DNA of 64,000 nucleotides from a phage, in sequence record PV805638.1; one strand, written 5' to 3'. Below the pieces are notes generated by a model. That model saw only the letters and a list, made by a program, of their open reading frames with translations. It did no database searches and was not told the DNA's origin. The position numbers were made by a program, and so were the translations under genes. The first letter of the stretch is position 1; every line of letters begins with the position of its first letter. Positions 1-9,166 of the stretch are shown here, in pieces.

Positions 1-1
1 A

Positions 2-427
2 CTGTTAACTGCCCGTGAATACCTGAAAGTAGATATCGCTAACAACTATGGCTTAGACAAGAAGACATGGGATGAGCGTATTAGCTGGTTCGATGAGAAT
101 GAAGCTAACCTGCTTAATCTGGTAGATGAAGCTGAAGAATCTGCATTGTTCTATGCTGGTGTAAACGCATGGAAAGATATGAAAGCCGGTAAGCCTATCG
201 GTTATGCTGTAGCTCTGGATGCTACATCATCCGGCTTACAGCTACTGGCTTGCCTGACTGGTGACCGTTCTGCTGCTGAACTGTGTAACGTAGTTAACTA
301 CATGGGGGAGAATGGTAAGCCATTACGTCGTGATGCTTATACAGTTATCTATCACAAGATGCTGGACATCCTTGGTGAAGCATCTCGTATTAAACGTAGT
401 GATACTAAGCAGGCCGTTAACCTATAA
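2..427 (+). CDS. T7-like single-subunit RNA polymerase (N4 RNAPII catalytic subunit), 5' part; partial, start lies upstream of window
   Basis: Open in frame from nt 2. Translation has motif A-like 'DATSSGLQ' (T7 'DGSCSGIQ') and ends 'RSDTKQAV' (T7 motif B 'RSVTKRSV'), followed by NL-stop at 425-427. Proposed exon end is U417. Confidence 0.6.
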   Translation: MLTAREYLKVDIANNYGLDKKTWDERISWFDENEANLLNLVDEAEESALFYAGVNAWKDMKAGKPIGYAVALDATSSGLQLLACLTGDRSAAELCNVVNYMGENGKPLRRDAYTVIYHKMLDILGEASRIKRSDTKQAVNL

Positions 428-1224
428 GTCATGGCGGCCTTTAAACCGGGTGAACTCATGGAACATCCCTAGTGGACAATCATGAGCCAAGTTGGTAACG
501 TAGAAAGCTCAATAAGGAGCATTCTATGTCAGAATTCAAAACGTGCAGTCGATGTAAAGAATTACTTCCTATCGAAGTATTCCCAGAGACTAAAAAAGCA
601 ATCACAGGACTCAAGACTAATTACGAGAATCGTTGCAGACCTTGCAAGGCTGCTGCTGCTCGTGAATGGCGTAAAAATAATCCCGGTTACACTGGAACTG
701 GGATTCTTAAGGCAATACCGGAAGAGCATCGTAAATGGTATTCAGCAGTCTCACTTAGACTGAGAGATGCAAAGAGCAGATGTAAAAAGCTCGGTAAGCC
801 TATGCCTGATTGCACAGTAGAGTACTTATTTGAAATCCTTAAATCACAGGAATTCAAATGTGCTTTAACTGGTGCAACCTTAGTAATTGAGTCGGGACAT
901 CCCTTGTGTCTATCATTAGACCAGATAGAGCCAAGCAAGGGATATAGTATTGATAATGTTCAATGGTTAGCTTGGTGTGTAAACCGAGCAAAGGGTGACC
1001 TTTCTACCAATGACTTTATTGATATGTGTGATGCTGTTTTGAATAACCAAAAGGTGCAGAGACTATCGAAAAGCAGCGTAAGCTGAACTTAGTAGAGTAG
1101 GCCCAAGTGGGTCGAAGCGCCCGGCTAGACTAATAGTCTAGATGATATAGTCCGAACTCACTGGTAACAGTGAGATGCAGGTAAAGCTGCTGGGGAAGAT
1201 TAACGACCTTCCTTGAACATAATG
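418..1224 (+). mobile_element. Putative group I intron carrying an HNH endonuclease ORF, inserted in RNAP motif B
   Basis: Exon 412-417 GGCCGU can pair with intron 434-439 GCGGCC, giving a U417-G434 wobble at the 5' splice site. Intron ends in G1224. The 3' region has 'GATATAGTCC' (1145-1154) and a GNRA hairpin ctcactg-gtaa-cagtgag (1157-1174). Joining 417 to 1225 restores '...KQAV-MTAFYGS'. Confidence 0.5.
526..1086 (+). CDS. HNH-family homing endonuclease-like protein (intron ORF)
   Basis: N-terminal CxxC...CxxC ('CSRCKEL', 'CRPCK') and C-terminal 'SLDQIEPSKGYSIDNVQWLAWCVNRAKG' resembling phage HNH nuclease cores. AAGGAG RBS at 515-520. Confidence 0.55.
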   Translation: MSEFKTCSRCKELLPIEVFPETKKAITGLKTNYENRCRPCKAAAAREWRKNNPGYTGTGILKAIPEEHRKWYSAVSLRLRDAKSRCKKLGKPMPDCTVEYLFEILKSQEFKCALTGATLVIESGHPLCLSLDQIEPSKGYSIDNVQWLAWCVNRAKGDLSTNDFIDMCDAVLNNQKVQRLSKSSVS

Positions 1225-1225
1225 T

Positions 1226-2020
1226 ATGACTGCATTCTATGGTTCAGAAGCCAAGCCTAAAGAAGTATTCGGTGAAGGTATTCGTCTCAAGACTTTTGAG
1301 AATGTAATGGAAACAGTTGCTAGTGGACCTTGGGCACTGAACAAGTTCTTACTGCAATGTGGTAACCCGGATGCTAGCCGTTACGTATGGGTACTGCCTG
1401 ACAATTTCCATGCTGTCATTAAGGTCATGGTTCCAGAGGTACAGACCGTTAACTTCTTAGGTAAGCCATTCGACATCACTCGTATGGTTCAGGGTACTGA
1501 AGATAAGACTCGTATGCTCTCTGCTAACATCACCCACTCTATTGATGGAATGGTGGTACGTGAGATGCTGCGTCGCTGTAACTTCGACATGAACCAGGTG
1601 AACTATATTAAGTCCCTCTGTGAAGGGACCAGTGAGTATATGCTGGGTACTAGCGAAAACTACGACATGGTTAGTCAACTGTGGCATAACTATGAGAAAT
1701 CAGGATTCCTGTCTACCCGTATCTTTGATTATCTGGATTCTGACTCAATTAAACTGGTTGATACAGATGTAATCATGGCTATGCTTAATACCATGCCTAA
1801 GAAACCATTCCCTGTAATGACCGTACATGACTGCTTCCGTTGTCATCCTAACTATGGCAATGACTTGCGTCGTCAGTACAATCAGATTCTGTCTGACATT
1901 GCTAAGAGTGACCTACTGGGCTTCATCCTGTCTCAGGTACTGGGGCAAGAGTTCTCTGCTGGTAAGCTGGATGACAGCCTCTGGCAGGACATCCTTGAAA
2001 CGGATTATGCATTAAGTTAA
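1226..2020 (+). CDS. T7-like RNA polymerase, 3' part (motif B 'YG' and motif C)
   Basis: Starts 'MTAFYGS' (T7 'MTLAYGS', motif B end) and contains 'VMTVHDCF' (T7 motif C 'HDSFG'). No Shine-Dalgarno upstream of 1226, consistent with being joined to the upstream exon. Confidence 0.6.
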   Translation: MTAFYGSEAKPKEVFGEGIRLKTFENVMETVASGPWALNKFLLQCGNPDASRYVWVLPDNFHAVIKVMVPEVQTVNFLGKPFDITRMVQGTEDKTRMLSANITHSIDGMVVREMLRRCNFDMNQVNYIKSLCEGTSEYMLGTSENYDMVSQLWHNYEKSGFLSTRIFDYLDSDSIKLVDTDVIMAMLNTMPKKPFPVMTVHDCFRCHPNYGNDLRRQYNQILSDIAKSDLLGFILSQVLGQEFSAGKLDDSLWQDILETDYALS

Positions 2021-2027
2021 TAAACTG

Positions 2028-2062
2028 GCCTCATACCTTCGGGTATGGGGCTTTTATTTTTT
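2028..2062 (+). terminator. Rho-independent terminator
   Basis: 10-bp stem gcctcatacc/ggtatggggc with ttcg loop, followed by ttttatttttt. Confidence 0.6.
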
Positions 2063-2064
2063 GC

Positions 2065-2262
2065 TTGGAGGTAGTCAACATGACAGACATCTATGATGTT
2101 ATTACTAAAACCGTACTGATAGTTTTATCTGCTATTGTGGTATTCACTATAGCCAATATTCATAAAACCAAGTTTTCCTATTGCTACTATGGGGCATATT
2201 CTGCCGGATGTTTTGTATTAGCCGGTTGGATAGCTTACTGGATTTACCGCATCAACAACTAG
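2065..2262 (+). CDS. Small hydrophobic (membrane) protein
   Basis: 65-aa ORF with two hydrophobic segments, flanked by terminators; GGAGG-like RBS upstream. Confidence 0.4.
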   Translation: MEVVNMTDIYDVITKTVLIVLSAIVVFTIANIHKTKFSYCYYGAYSAGCFVLAGWIAYWIYRINN

Positions 2263-2290
2263 CCACCCTCATGGGTGGCTTTCTTTTTTA
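2261..2290 (+). terminator. Rho-independent terminator
   Basis: agccaccc-tcat-gggtggct hairpin followed by ttcttttttt. Confidence 0.6.
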
Positions 2291-2336
2291 TCAGCCTTCA
2301 TAATGATTAGGCATATTTACTCAAGAGGATACATGT

Positions 2337-3158
2337 ATGCCAACCCTAAAGATTGCGTTTAATAAAACTACCAACGTTGCTATCGTGCTTGATTCAGATG
2401 GTAGTGTTCCAGATGGTTTTGCGGAAGTAGGTACTTTTGTACATCCTGATGCCACTTACCCTGATAGCTTAGTTATCTATCACGGTGTACGTGACCTGTT
2501 GTATAAACGTTCTGCTGAAGACCCTGCTGAAGAAGGTTTCTGGCCTAACAACATCGTGGATATGCAGTCAATCACTATTACCCCACAACTGACTATTGCT
2601 ACCGAACTGCCTAATGAAGTCTCTGCCAACGAAGGTGAAGATATTAACTGGCATGTTGATGTAGCAGGCGGTAAAACACCTTTTACCTATAAGTGGCAAT
2701 ACAAAGCAGATACTGATGGTGCAGTATTCACTGATATTGATTCTAGTGATAACGCATCTGCTGCTACTGCAACATTGACCCTTAATGGCGTAACCGCTGC
2801 TTCTGCTGGTACTTATAAAGTGATTGTTACTGATGCTAATGGAACCACGGTGGAAGATACCTCACTGCTGGTTGTAAGCTACCCCGAAGCAAGCTCACTG
2901 GTAGCTACTCCTGATTCACTGGAACTGTCTGTTGCTGACGATGCCACTGATGGTAAGACTGTAACCATTACTGCTTTGCCTGTAGGAGCATCTGTTGGTA
3001 CTTTATCTATCAAAACTGCTCCAGATTCTGCCCGTGCTACAGCTACCATTTCTGATAACGTACTGACAGTTAAACCTGTGGCAGAAGGTGAAGCTACTTC
3101 TGTAGTAGTTACCAACGGTACTGTCGATGTAACCATCGCTATTACTGTTGCAGCATAA
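2337..3158 (+). CDS. Ig-like domain protein, possibly N4 gp17-type capsid decoration protein
   Basis: 273 aa, Thr/Val/Ala-rich beta-rich repeats ('TYKVIVTDANGTTVED'); AGAGGA RBS 7 nt upstream; sits just after the RNAP II gene as in N4. Confidence 0.45.
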   Translation: MPTLKIAFNKTTNVAIVLDSDGSVPDGFAEVGTFVHPDATYPDSLVIYHGVRDLLYKRSAEDPAEEGFWPNNIVDMQSITITPQLTIATELPNEVSANEGEDINWHVDVAGGKTPFTYKWQYKADTDGAVFTDIDSSDNASAATATLTLNGVTAASAGTYKVIVTDANGTTVEDTSLLVVSYPEASSLVATPDSLELSVADDATDGKTVTITALPVGASVGTLSIKTAPDSARATATISDNVLTVKPVAEGEATSVVVTNGTVDVTIAITVAA

Positions 3159-3208
3159 GGGTATCCCTTATTTGGGGTTATAAACCCTGAAAGGAATCCC
3201 TCTAGTTT

Positions 3209-3238
3209 GACCTCCCTATTAAAGGGAGGTCTTTTTTT
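3209..3238 (+). terminator. Rho-independent terminator
   Basis: 9-bp stem gacctccct/agggaggtc followed by T7. Confidence 0.65.
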
Positions 3239-3263
3239 GACTTAAACAAACCGGAGCCAGGAA

Positions 3264-3452
3264 ATGTATAAAGAGATTGCATTCTTCTCGTTCTTGCTAG
3301 GTGGGTTAATTGGTGCAGGAATTGTAGCTATTTCTAATAACTACTTTGGTTCTACTCCAAACTCTGTAACACAAACCCTCAAGCATGAATGTGAATTGAA
3401 TATCCCTCGCAACCAAAACTGTGTAATGCAGTTCGTACCGGAGAAGAAATGA
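3264..3452 (+). CDS. Small membrane protein
   Basis: 62 aa with N-terminal hydrophobic helix 'IAFFSFLLGGLIGAGIVAI'. Confidence 0.35.
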   Translation: MYKEIAFFSFLLGGLIGAGIVAISNNYFGSTPNSVTQTLKHECELNIPRNQNCVMQFVPEKK

Positions 3453-3634
3453 AACTTACTCTGTCCCAAGCAATTTTCCTTCGCATGGTTCAAGGTGGTT
3501 CTGCCACCAACAACCGTAATAACAAAACCGCACAGTCTCTTAAGAAGCTGGGCTTAGTACAGTTCAATGCTGGTCTTGGGTGGTCATTAACCCCTACCGG
3601 CGTACTTCAACTCAACGAATTAAAAGGTAACTAA
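3449..3634 (+). CDS. Hypothetical protein
   Basis: 61-aa ORF; 4-nt overlap with the upstream gene suggests coupling. Confidence 0.3.
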   Translation: MKLTLSQAIFLRMVQGGSATNNRNNKTAQSLKKLGLVQFNAGLGWSLTPTGVLQLNELKGN

Positions 3635-3961
3635 ATGAAAACTTTAATTGCTGTTGTTCTTGTAGCTCTATCAGTTCTGTCATTCGGTGCTCAGGCATCT
3701 AGTCGTGCAACCTTATTGGAAGCTGCTGCTGATTACAAAGCCAATAATGCAAACTTTGTGAACCAGGGTTACTTCATGGGCATGGTTACTATGGGTGTGG
3801 AAGCAGGAAAGAATTGTGTACCTGACGGTATAAAATTAGGGCACATTTTTGACAGAGTGGCCTCTATTATTCTGTATGACCGAAAGGTTAATGCAGTAAA
3901 AGTACCATCAGACATGGTTCTGTTAGCGATTAATACAGCCTATCCCTGCGTTAAATCTTAA
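3635..3961 (+). CDS. Small secreted/periplasmic protein (signal peptide)
   Basis: N-terminus 'MKTLIAVVLVALSVLSFGAQASS' looks like a Sec signal peptide. Confidence 0.4.
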   Translation: MKTLIAVVLVALSVLSFGAQASSRATLLEAAADYKANNANFVNQGYFMGMVTMGVEAGKNCVPDGIKLGHIFDRVASIILYDRKVNAVKVPSDMVLLAINTAYPCVKS

Positions 3962-3995
3962 TTAGTAATTCCATTAACTTTAGGAGAGTAAGTAA

Positions 3996-5048
3996 ATGGC
4001 GAGCATTGACTCCTTGACTGTATGTAATACACGTCAAGCCCGTAACTTTATTATCCGTGCCTTGCAAGCAGGTAACGTACCGTTCCTGACTTCATCACCG
4101 GGTATGGGTAAGTCTGCAATTATTCGTTCTATTGCAGAAGAATTTGGTATGAAGCTGATTGACCATCGTTTGTCTACTTCTGCCCCGGAAGACTTATCTG
4201 GTCTACCATTCCGTAATGGTGACCGTGCAGAGTTTATCCCTTTCGCTGACTTATTCCCTATCGAGGGTGACGAAGTACCAGAAGGTTATAATGGCTGGCT
4301 CCTGTTCCTTGATGAGTTCAACTCAGCTAAAAAGGAAGTAGTAGCTGCTGCATACAAACTGATTCTAGACCGTATGACCGGACAGAAAAAACTTCACCCT
4401 AATGTGATGATTATCTGTGCCGGTAACAAAGCCACTGACCGAGCCATAGTTAACCCGCTGGGTACTGCAATGCAGTCCCGTGTTGTCCACTTCGAAATGG
4501 AACTCGACTTCGACATCTTTGTTGAAGACGTAATGATTCCTCAAGAATGGGATGAGCGTCTGGTTGCATTCTTACATGCTAACCCTGGTTATCTGCATGA
4601 CTTCGACCCTGCCCACAAGAACAAAACATTCTGTTGCCCTCGTACCTGGGACTTTGTTAACAAAGACCTCAAGAACCGACCAGAAGGTGCTTTGCCTGAT
4701 GAAGATTCTATCTACTATGCTGGACACGTTACTGCCGGTAAAGCTACAGAGTTTGTTCAGTTCACTCAGGTATACAATCGTATGATTACGATTGAGAAGG
4801 TAGTCAAAGACCCATTAGGCTGTGCACTACCGGAAGATAATAACCTGTGTTGGGCTACTGTTAACCATCTGGCTAACAAAACTACTGAAGATAACTTCGC
4901 TGATGTTCTTCAGTACATTGAACGCTTTAAAACGTTCACCCATAAGATTCTGTACTTCCGTACAGTAGGCAAAGCATTACCAGAAATTCAGGCTACCCCT
5001 GAATGGCGTAAGGCTGCTGCCAATATCTCTCGTTACATTCACGGATAA
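3996..5048 (+). CDS. MoxR-like AAA+ ATPase
   Basis: Walker A 'SPGMGKSAII' and Walker B 'LLFLDEFNSA'. Confidence 0.7.
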   Translation: MASIDSLTVCNTRQARNFIIRALQAGNVPFLTSSPGMGKSAIIRSIAEEFGMKLIDHRLSTSAPEDLSGLPFRNGDRAEFIPFADLFPIEGDEVPEGYNGWLLFLDEFNSAKKEVVAAAYKLILDRMTGQKKLHPNVMIICAGNKATDRAIVNPLGTAMQSRVVHFEMELDFDIFVEDVMIPQEWDERLVAFLHANPGYLHDFDPAHKNKTFCCPRTWDFVNKDLKNRPEGALPDEDSIYYAGHVTAGKATEFVQFTQVYNRMITIEKVVKDPLGCALPEDNNLCWATVNHLANKTTEDNFADVLQYIERFKTFTHKILYFRTVGKALPEIQATPEWRKAAANISRYIHG

Positions 5049-5055
5049 TCACAAC

Positions 5056-6231
5056 ATGAACCAGATACCTCAGCACACACTTAGTGATGAACAACTCATG
5101 CGTGAGTATGACCGTATTCAGGCCCAAGCCTTCCTAGGCAAGTCTGCTGCGTTTTTTGGTTCATTGCTGTGTAGTCTTAAGTTCTCATGGAAACGTGAGG
5201 GTTGTCCCACTGCATGTACCGATGGGATAGAACTCCATTTCAACCCTGACTTCTTTATCTGGATGTGCCCTGATGCAAGAGAAACAGTGCTAATGCACGA
5301 ACTCTGGCATGTGGCATATCTGCATGGCATCCGTTGTGGAAGCCGTGACCCGGAAGTCTGGAACCAGGCATGTGACCACTTCATTAACCTTCAGTTAGAA
5401 GAAGATGGTTACAAGTTCACTGGTATCGACGAAGGTATTTGCAAAGACCCTCAATATAAAGGATGGGTCGAAGAAGACATCTACGATGACCTGATGAAGA
5501 ACCCTCAGAAAAGGCAGAAGCCGTCGGGGGGAGCTGGAGCAAGTCTTGCTGGCGACATGAAAGCCCCCTCTTCGGGGCAGTCCCAGGGTGCTGTTGTCAA
5601 CAACGTAGTGCGTGCAATGCAAAGCCAGAAGATGGCTGGTGGAACAATGCCCGGTAAAGGTGCTGGTCGTATGGAAGAGGTTATTACCCAATTCCTTAAA
5701 CCAGTAGTTCCATGGCAGGAAGTTCTGATGAACTTCTTTACCGACATTGATGACACACATTATACGTGGGCCAGACCTAACCGTCGCTTCACTGACGTCT
5801 ATCTACCTTCTCTGGAAGATGATGAAGGACGCTTACGACACTTAGCCTACTTTGAGGATGTATCCGGTTCTATTAGTAGTGCTGACTCTCTGCGTTTTAA
5901 CTCAGAGGTTGCCTACGTTAAGAGCCAGTTCAATCCTAAGAAGATGACCCTAATTACCTTCGACGATATTATCCAAGAAGAAATAGACATCACTGAAGAA
6001 GATACTTTTGAAGAGATTAAGATTACTGGTCGTGGTGGTACAAACCTTGAACCAGTGCGCGAATGGATTATTAAGAATAAACCAACCGCTGCAATCATAT
6101 TCTCCGATATGTATGTTCGTCCAATGGAAGAATTACCATTTGATATCCCTATCATCTGGTGTGTTCTGAATAATCCTAATGCTACCGTACCTTTCGGGGA
6201 GGTAGTTCATATCCCTAAAGGAATGAAATAA
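5056..6231 (+). CDS. VWA-domain protein with N-terminal HExxH metallopeptidase-like motif
   Basis: 'HELWH' HExxH motif and a MIDAS-like 'DVSGSIS' (DxSxS); directly downstream of the AAA ATPase. Confidence 0.6.
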   Translation: MNQIPQHTLSDEQLMREYDRIQAQAFLGKSAAFFGSLLCSLKFSWKREGCPTACTDGIELHFNPDFFIWMCPDARETVLMHELWHVAYLHGIRCGSRDPEVWNQACDHFINLQLEEDGYKFTGIDEGICKDPQYKGWVEEDIYDDLMKNPQKRQKPSGGAGASLAGDMKAPSSGQSQGAVVNNVVRAMQSQKMAGGTMPGKGAGRMEEVITQFLKPVVPWQEVLMNFFTDIDDTHYTWARPNRRFTDVYLPSLEDDEGRLRHLAYFEDVSGSISSADSLRFNSEVAYVKSQFNPKKMTLITFDDIIQEEIDITEEDTFEEIKITGRGGTNLEPVREWIIKNKPTAAIIFSDMYVRPMEELPFDIPIIWCVLNNPNATVPFGEVVHIPKGMK

Positions 6232-6737
6232 TGATTGTTAATGGTAATTCTCTATACCGTTCATCTCAATTGCTGGATGTCCCAGACCGTAAAGTATCCG
6301 AGCATGGTGTAAGCTATGGATTAGGTGAAGCTGGTTATGATATTCGTATCAAACAAGACATTACCTTCTATCGCTTATTTGGATTGATTCCAATGGTGAA
6401 AATCGCTGATGGAAAACAAGTATCACGCCACTTCGGTAAGTTTGCATTGGCTTCAGCAATTGAGAAATTCAACATGTCCCCGTCCTGTGTAGCTATCGTT
6501 CACGATAAGTCCACATGGGCAAGACGTGCATTATCTGTGTTCAATACCGTAATAGAACCAGGATGGAAAGGGTATCTTACCCTCGAACTGGTCTATCATG
6601 GTCGTAAGAAACTGCATATCCCGGCTGGTGCTGGGATAGCTCAAGTATTATTTCATCTGGTTCAAGAGCCTGCTAACTACAATGGCAAGTATCAGAACCA
6701 GGAAAACAAACCAGTTGCTGCAAGAAGCAGCAAATAA
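6231..6737 (+). CDS. dCTP deaminase/dUTPase-fold protein
   Basis: 'GYDIRIK' and overall resemblance to the dCTP deaminase beta-barrel family; ATGA-type overlap with the upstream gene. Confidence 0.45.
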   Translation: MIVNGNSLYRSSQLLDVPDRKVSEHGVSYGLGEAGYDIRIKQDITFYRLFGLIPMVKIADGKQVSRHFGKFALASAIEKFNMSPSCVAIVHDKSTWARRALSVFNTVIEPGWKGYLTLELVYHGRKKLHIPAGAGIAQVLFHLVQEPANYNGKYQNQENKPVAARSSK

Positions 6738-6746
6738 GGAAACAAC

Positions 6747-6947
6747 ATGTCAGTATTTCAAGTATCTCCTGTTGACAGTACCCAACGTAAAACTATTGTT
6801 GCAACTAACGTAGTAGATGTAGATGAAACCCCGACTGGTGCTGTAATTCATCTGATTGATGGACGAACTGTAACTGTAAAAGAAAGCTATCGTTCAGTAC
6901 GTGGATATGTTCGTAAAGCTTTGACTGCTGACTCTGACGCAGAGTAA
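6747..6947 (+). CDS. Hypothetical protein
   Basis: 66-aa ORF in the operon. Confidence 0.3.
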   Translation: MSVFQVSPVDSTQRKTIVATNVVDVDETPTGAVIHLIDGRTVTVKESYRSVRGYVRKALTADSDAE

Positions 6948-6984
6948 GTAGCTGCCTAAATAGCCCAACTATGTTGGGCTATTT

Positions 6985-7281
6985 GTGAAGAAACTATCTC
7001 AACCTCACATAGGAACCATCATGGAATCTTTAGCAGCAATCCTCGTTCTGTTATTTGCACTTGCTGTATACCTTATCCCTACTATTATTGCTTTTGCACG
7101 AGGCCATGCCTCTAAGTGGGGCATTGGTGTACTCAATATCGTATTAGGCTGGTCTTTAGTCTTCTGGGTAGTAGCACTGATTTGGTCACTGTCTAATAAA
7201 GAACAGTCTCAGACTACAATCGTTAACGTTGGTAGTGGTAACCAGTACAACGTGTCTCAAACGAGCCTGTCTGATAAGTAA
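6985..7281 (+). CDS. Membrane protein (two TM helices)
   Basis: Two long hydrophobic segments. Confidence 0.35.
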   Translation: MKKLSQPHIGTIMESLAAILVLLFALAVYLIPTIIAFARGHASKWGIGVLNIVLGWSLVFWVVALIWSLSNKEQSQTTIVNVGSGNQYNVSQTSLSDK

Positions 7282-7357
7282 CTAACCTAAGCATCATTGT
7301 ATAGTGGTGCTTGTGGAAGTTACTTCCAGCTCATTACTTATCCATCTCCTAATCCAA

Positions 7358-7383
7358 GCCCACCTAACCCGTGGGCTTTTTTA
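7358..7383 (+). terminator. Rho-independent terminator
   Basis: agcccac-ctaaccc-gtgggct hairpin followed by tttttt. Confidence 0.55.
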
Positions 7384-7398
7384 ATTACAGGTACTCTT

Positions 7399-7779
7399 AT
7401 GTCAAACAGACAAAATGGTAAGTCTATCTTATATGGACTGGACTTAAGTAAACTGGAACAAACTGCAATGCTTACTTTAGGTATACATGACCAAGTAGAA
7501 GTGAATGGAATTGGTCCTGATGTTTGTGCAGCAATGCAAGCTGCTATTCAGAAAGGATGGACTAGTAGATCATTTAATGTTTTCCCATACATCCCTCCTG
7601 AACCTCATCTGAAATCTAAGGTAGACAGAATCATAGATAAGTTCTGGCTTAGCCCATGCGGGGATGACATGCATCTTTACCTGGCTCAAATACAAAAGAA
7701 TCCGCGTACTAAAGATGTGTTCAAAGGCAAAAGCACTACCCACCATTACCCTTGGTATAGAAGAGGTAGTAAATACTAA
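7399..7779 (+). CDS. Hypothetical protein
   Basis: The ORF-track start at 7297 lies inside the terminator; the in-frame ATG at 7399 just after it is the more plausible start. Confidence 0.35.
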   Translation: MSNRQNGKSILYGLDLSKLEQTAMLTLGIHDQVEVNGIGPDVCAAMQAAIQKGWTSRSFNVFPYIPPEPHLKSKVDRIIDKFWLSPCGDDMHLYLAQIQKNPRTKDVFKGKSTTHHYPWYRRGSKY

Positions 7780-8222
7780 TGCGTATCCCATTCCTAAGAA
7801 AAAGGGAACGAAATCCTGTTCTTTATAATAAAGGTATAGAGGATGAGTACGAACTCAACCGTAAAGCCCGTTCCTACGCAACAAAATTATTCATGGGGAC
7901 TAGCAACCCTAATAGATTACTGGACTTTGTTTTCGAACAAGTCTTTATCATATACAGCTTAGCTATGTCTGCTGGTTCACAAGAAGTAAGTGATAAGGCA
8001 AGATATGCTCTCTGTATGCTCCGGAAAGAGTATGAAGCCATCATGTATGAAGACTTGTACTCCTTTAAGAAAGAAACCGCTGTAGCGTGTTCTGTGGCTC
8101 TTACTGAAGGTATAGCAGTATTACAAGAACTACCCCGTAGTGAGTTTAAGCTGGTATATGTCCAGGCCAGGAGAATTACAGAAAACCGAAGTGGTATTAC
8201 CAACTATCTAAGGTCATTCTAA
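7779..8222 (+). CDS. Hypothetical protein
   Basis: 147-aa ORF, start overlaps the previous stop. Confidence 0.35.
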   Translation: MRIPFLRKRERNPVLYNKGIEDEYELNRKARSYATKLFMGTSNPNRLLDFVFEQVFIIYSLAMSAGSQEVSDKARYALCMLRKEYEAIMYEDLYSFKKETAVACSVALTEGIAVLQELPRSEFKLVYVQARRITENRSGITNYLRSF

Positions 8223-9166
8223 TGATTAAGGCAACTGTCATTGCAGATTCCGTTCATCATGTAACGGGTACTCGTATTACTACCTTTGAATTGGTTTATC
8301 CTCGATTCATTCACAGTGAGTTTATGACCCACCGTGTATTCAACCGAAATGCTTCAAGTAGTCGTGCTATCCCTACTTCTAAGTTTATTGAACAGGTTCG
8401 TAATGAACCAGTGATGCCAAGTCACTGGGGCAAGAACCAGAAAGGTATGCAGGCATTTGAAGAATTGTCTGAAGACCAACGTAGTGATGCAACCTTTATC
8501 TGGGAACAGGCTGCATCCAGTGCTGCTACCTATGCAGAAATGCTTCGTCGTGGACAAGTACATAAGCAGATTGTTAACCGTATTCTGGAACCATTCACAC
8601 ATATTCGTGTAGTGGTAACTTCAACTAGCTGGGCTAACTTCTATGGATTGCGTGACCATGAAGATGCTCAACCAGAGATTCGTGAATTAGCTCAAGCAAT
8701 GCGTAAGGCTCATAATGAAAGTGTTCCATCTAAGCTGTCCCAAGGTGTGTGGCATCTGCCTTATATTCGCAAGATTGATTGTATTAACGCTTACGATCAT
8801 TGCAAATATCAACGAGTTACTTGTGATAAACCAAGTGATGAAGAAGTTATAGGCTTACTGCTTAAAGTCTCTGCTGCTCGTTGTGCTCGTGCCTCCTATA
8901 ACAACTTTGAAGGCAAGCCATCTACTATTAGTGATGACCTTGCTCTCTTTGCTAAGTTGGTAGAGAAACAACCAATTCATGCATCACCTACTGAGCATCA
9001 AGCTACCCCGATGGACTTCAGTACCAAGTTTGTTAACAACCAGAACCCATTAACCTGGGAACAGGGTGTTACTTCAATGGACCGTGAAGGTAAGCTGTAT
9101 TCTGGTAACCTGTTAGATTTCATCCAATTCCGTAAACTAATCCCCGGAGAAACAATTACAGAATGA
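8222..9166 (+). CDS. thyX: ThyX-like FAD-dependent thymidylate synthase
   Basis: 'THRVFNRNASSSRA' resembles the ThyX RHRx7S signature; start overlaps the upstream stop. Confidence 0.45.
   Translation: MIKATVIADSVHHVTGTRITTFELVYPRFIHSEFMTHRVFNRNASSSRAIPTSKFIEQVRNEPVMPSHWGKNQKGMQAFEELSEDQRSDATFIWEQAASSAATYAEMLRRGQVHKQIVNRILEPFTHIRVVVTSTSWANFYGLRDHEDAQPEIRELAQAMRKAHNESVPSKLSQGVWHLPYIRKIDCINAYDHCKYQRVTCDKPSDEEVIGLLLKVSAARCARASYNNFEGKPSTISDDLALFAKLVEKQPIHASPTEHQATPMDFSTKFVNNQNPLTWEQGVTSMDREGKLYSGNLLDFIQFRKLIPGETITE

Noticed and set aside
146-427. ORF-track start codons at 146, 7297, 14900 and 21667
   Set aside because: These are TTG/GTG starts or lie inside terminator hairpins. The frame at 146 continues open to the window start, and better RBS-supported ATGs exist at 7399, 14930 and 21715.
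418-1225. Alternative reading: two natural RNAP subunit genes with a free-standing HNH gene between them
   Set aside because: The break falls inside conserved motif B, the downstream part has no RBS, and the intervening DNA has group I-like P1 pairing, terminal G and a P7/P9-like 3' region. Still possible; experimental check needed.
1457-1687. Antisense or nested ORFs inside other supported genes (e.g. 1457-1687, 5118-5760, 8354-8602, 10851-12394, 41139-41576, 47062-47976, 54119-56171)
   Set aside because: Overlap motif-supported genes on the opposite strand or in another frame; likely spurious.
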